From Mycoplasma mycoides subsp. capri (GTDB lineage Bacteria; Bacillota_I; Bacilli_A; Mycoplasmatales; Mycoplasmataceae), in the NCBI RefSeq assembly GCF_018389705.1, contig NZ_CP065581.1, positions 870,001 through 902,000 of the forward strand: a stretch of 32,000 nucleotides of DNA, in the 5' to 3' direction. A program made the translations under genes and the position numbers. The notes under the pieces were generated by a model. That model had not been told where the DNA came from. It saw nothing but the letters and a program-made list of their open reading frames with translations, and did no database searches. Shown here in pieces: positions 31,856 through 32,000 of this stretch. Numbering within the stretch: the first letter of the stretch is position 1; the number at the start of each line of letters is the position of its first letter.

Positions 31856-32000
31856 TTATTTTATTGATACGTTTTTAGTTGAATCTTTTTTAGTTGGAAA
31901 CATTGGATATTCAGGATGTGGTTCTTTTAACATTAATATACCAATTAATGATATTAATGTAGCAACAATAATAATTACTAGTTGAATTGAACTTACTAAT
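31856..32000 (-). CDS. C-terminal 47 codons of an unidentified membrane protein; the 5' end lies outside the window
   Basis: The frame reads ..LVSSIQLVIIIVATLISLIGILMLKEPHPEYPMFPTKKDSTKNVSIK*, with TAA at 31856-31858. That is one TM helix plus a polar tail, followed by a terminator. Confidence 0.5.
   Translation of the reverse strand, partial: LVSSIQLVIIIVATLISLIGILMLKEPHPEYPMFPTKKDSTKNVSIK

Overview
This window is AT-rich DNA (GC looks well under 30% by eye) that only makes sense under genetic code 4 (TGA = Trp). The supplied standard-code ORF track therefore cuts almost every gene into pieces. Joining same-frame pieces across TGA gives 28 CDS, 27 on the minus strand and 1 on the plus strand. 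The EF-Tu and EF-G sequences and the gene order point to a Mollicute, probably the Mycoplasma mycoides/capricolum group; that assignment is from memory, not from a search.

Gene order, left to right on the plus strand (minus-strand genes are transcribed right to left):
- GH31 glycosidase (partial), PTS EIICB-1, tuf, fusA, rpsG, rpsL, cls
- unknown 235 aa, unknown 304 aa, tsaC, unknown 490-aa membrane protein, prmC, prfA, tdk
- DHH phosphoesterase, unknown 632 aa, rpmE, GDPD (glpQ-like)
- MFS permease (the only plus-strand gene)
- fba, two tandem DUF285/BspA-like surface-protein paralogs, pyrG, rpoE, HD-domain protein, gltX, PTS EIICB-2, and a partial membrane-protein C-terminus

I found no rRNA, tRNA, CRISPR array, IS element or phage gene. 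Several hairpin plus T-run terminators are readable by eye.

Most interesting observations:
1. A 632-aa protein colinear with both lobes of an ABC ATPase, with every catalytic motif I could place substituted and about 330 aa of helical insert between the lobes. It sits 9 nt upstream of a DHH phosphoesterase.
2. A tandem pair of DUF285 genes that have diverged as a mosaic but keep a nearly identical 110-nt module encoding a C-terminal anchor.
3. A 589-bp gene-free region between a divergent GDPD gene and the MFS gene, with a 22-bp palindrome against the MFS ribosome-binding site.

All functional calls rest on motif recognition from the translated sequence. No database search, fold prediction or statistics could be run.
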